The translations under genes were made by a program, and so were the position numbers. From the NCBI RefSeq assembly GCF_001194135.2, contig NC_069000.1, forward strand, positions 47,123,466 to 47,187,465: DNA of 64,000 bases, in the 5' to 3' direction. The notes beneath the pieces were generated by a model. It worked only from the letters and a program-made list of their open reading frames with translations. It made no database searches and was not told the DNA's origin. Positions 62,725 through 64,000 of this stretch are shown here, in pieces; position 1 is the first letter of the stretch; each line of letters begins with the position of its first letter. The stretch is from Octopus bimaculoides (lineage: Eukaryota).

Positions 62725-64000
62725 GAGAGAGACTTTGGTTCGGTCTCTCACAGAACTTGCTTCTTCTTGGCTCAGTCCATTTAGCTGTAAATAGACTCAG
62801 CACATCATTGTTTGAACCCCTCCCTTCAAATAGTCGGATTAACATTGTCACTAGTACAAGATCTGTAGTGGAGTAGTTGCTGCTGCTGCTATTGTTTAGC
62901 CCAAGGTAAGTTCTGATCAAGTAGTGTTCTAGCCATGACCATCCCATCTTTTATAGAGACAGAATATATCCAGGACCAAATTATATATGTTCCCCACCCA
63001 GTTTTTAAACTGACCGGGTGTTGCTTGAGTAAGATCTGGCTGATATTTCCAGCGGATGGAACAACCACTTAGAGGCTCCCTTTTCTCTGCTCACATGTGG
63101 TGGTTGGTGGTATACAGACACATCTCAGGTGGTGTGACACACGCACACACACACCGCTTAGCAGCAACAGATCCCATCAATATGATCAAATAATTTGCTC
63201 AGTCGACTGATAAGAATTAAAGAAAAAAGGATTAAAAGTCAATGAATTAAAAAAGGATTTAAATATTTAGAGATTTACAAAATGAATTCGATTCCATCAA
63301 CATTACAACCTGATGCAATCAGTTAAAGAGAAAAGTAGCTTTACAGAGATTAAACAGTGTCAGAGGAAGACCATAAAACCTCAGGTATTATTACGGCGAG
63401 TTTCTGACACCTTAGATATGGTTGTTATACTAGATTACTAAGGTCCTAGATGAGGGTACCTTAATACTTTCCTTGTGAATGTTATCAAAAAATATGAAGG
63501 GACTGAACAACCATGACCACCACTATAAAATGGAAGGAATAACTATTTCATAAGGTTTGGTAAATTAGGATAATTATGACATAATTCGGCATTCAAAGAA
63601 AAGAATGTGTAAAATTAACAAAATTAAAAACAAAAAATTAGAGATCTTGGAAATTAGAAAAGCTGATTTTTTTTTTTTTTTTCCTTTTGGCTAAATCATA
63701 ATCTATACATCAAAATCTCCATTGTTATAAATAAGAATCCAAAGAAATATTTAGAAAAAAGAAAGGGTTGGAGTGACAGACTGCCTTTTCTGACACGTCC
63801 ACCTGGACGTGGCTGAATGGCGACAATTATTTCCTGTTTTATTTTGTGATCATAAATCGAATTATCAACATTTAATTCAACATTAACACTTTTAAAAATT
63901 AAACCATGGAAAACAAATATCAAAGAAAACAAAGGGAAGAACAATAATAAAGTTCTGGTTTTCAAAGTTAAAAATTATTTTCCAAGAGGAATTACCAAAT

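Overview
Gapped, AT-rich eukaryotic scaffold packed with microsatellites, tRNA-derived SINEs, RTE/CR1/HERO LINE remnants and TTAA MITEs. The repeat types point to an octopus or other coleoid cephalopod genome (inference). Most six-frame ORFs are microsatellite or N-gap artefacts. I reconstructed three spliced genes by hand from GT-AG sites with consistent phases. (1) The 5' part of a ZDHHC3/7-like palmitoyltransferase on the minus strand (exons 20686-20804 and 7360-7519; the DHHC exons were not found). (2) A complete 6-exon, 459-aa orphan nuclear receptor on the plus strand (44639-51791), RXR-like in helix 10 but with an [12 protein letters not shown]-terminal extension, probably the invertebrate NR7/NR8 subfamily. 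(3) DPM3 on the minus strand (60496-62457), split by phase-0 introns and including a 30-nt microexon. The most striking non-coding signal is a set of perfect nuclear-receptor response elements around the receptor gene: a DR5-CRE-DR5 cassette with five AGGTCA half-sites at 28570-28648, a perfect DR1, a perfect ER1, and three TCAAGGTCA sites in the receptor's own introns. Together they suggest an auto- or cross-regulatory NR circuit. Other oddities are a triplicated G-quadruplex-prone splice donor after the DNA-binding domain, a Glu-to-Gln change in AF-2, a recursive-splice-like site and decayed Penelope-type hammerhead motifs. No CRISPR array, rRNA or genuine tRNA gene is supported.
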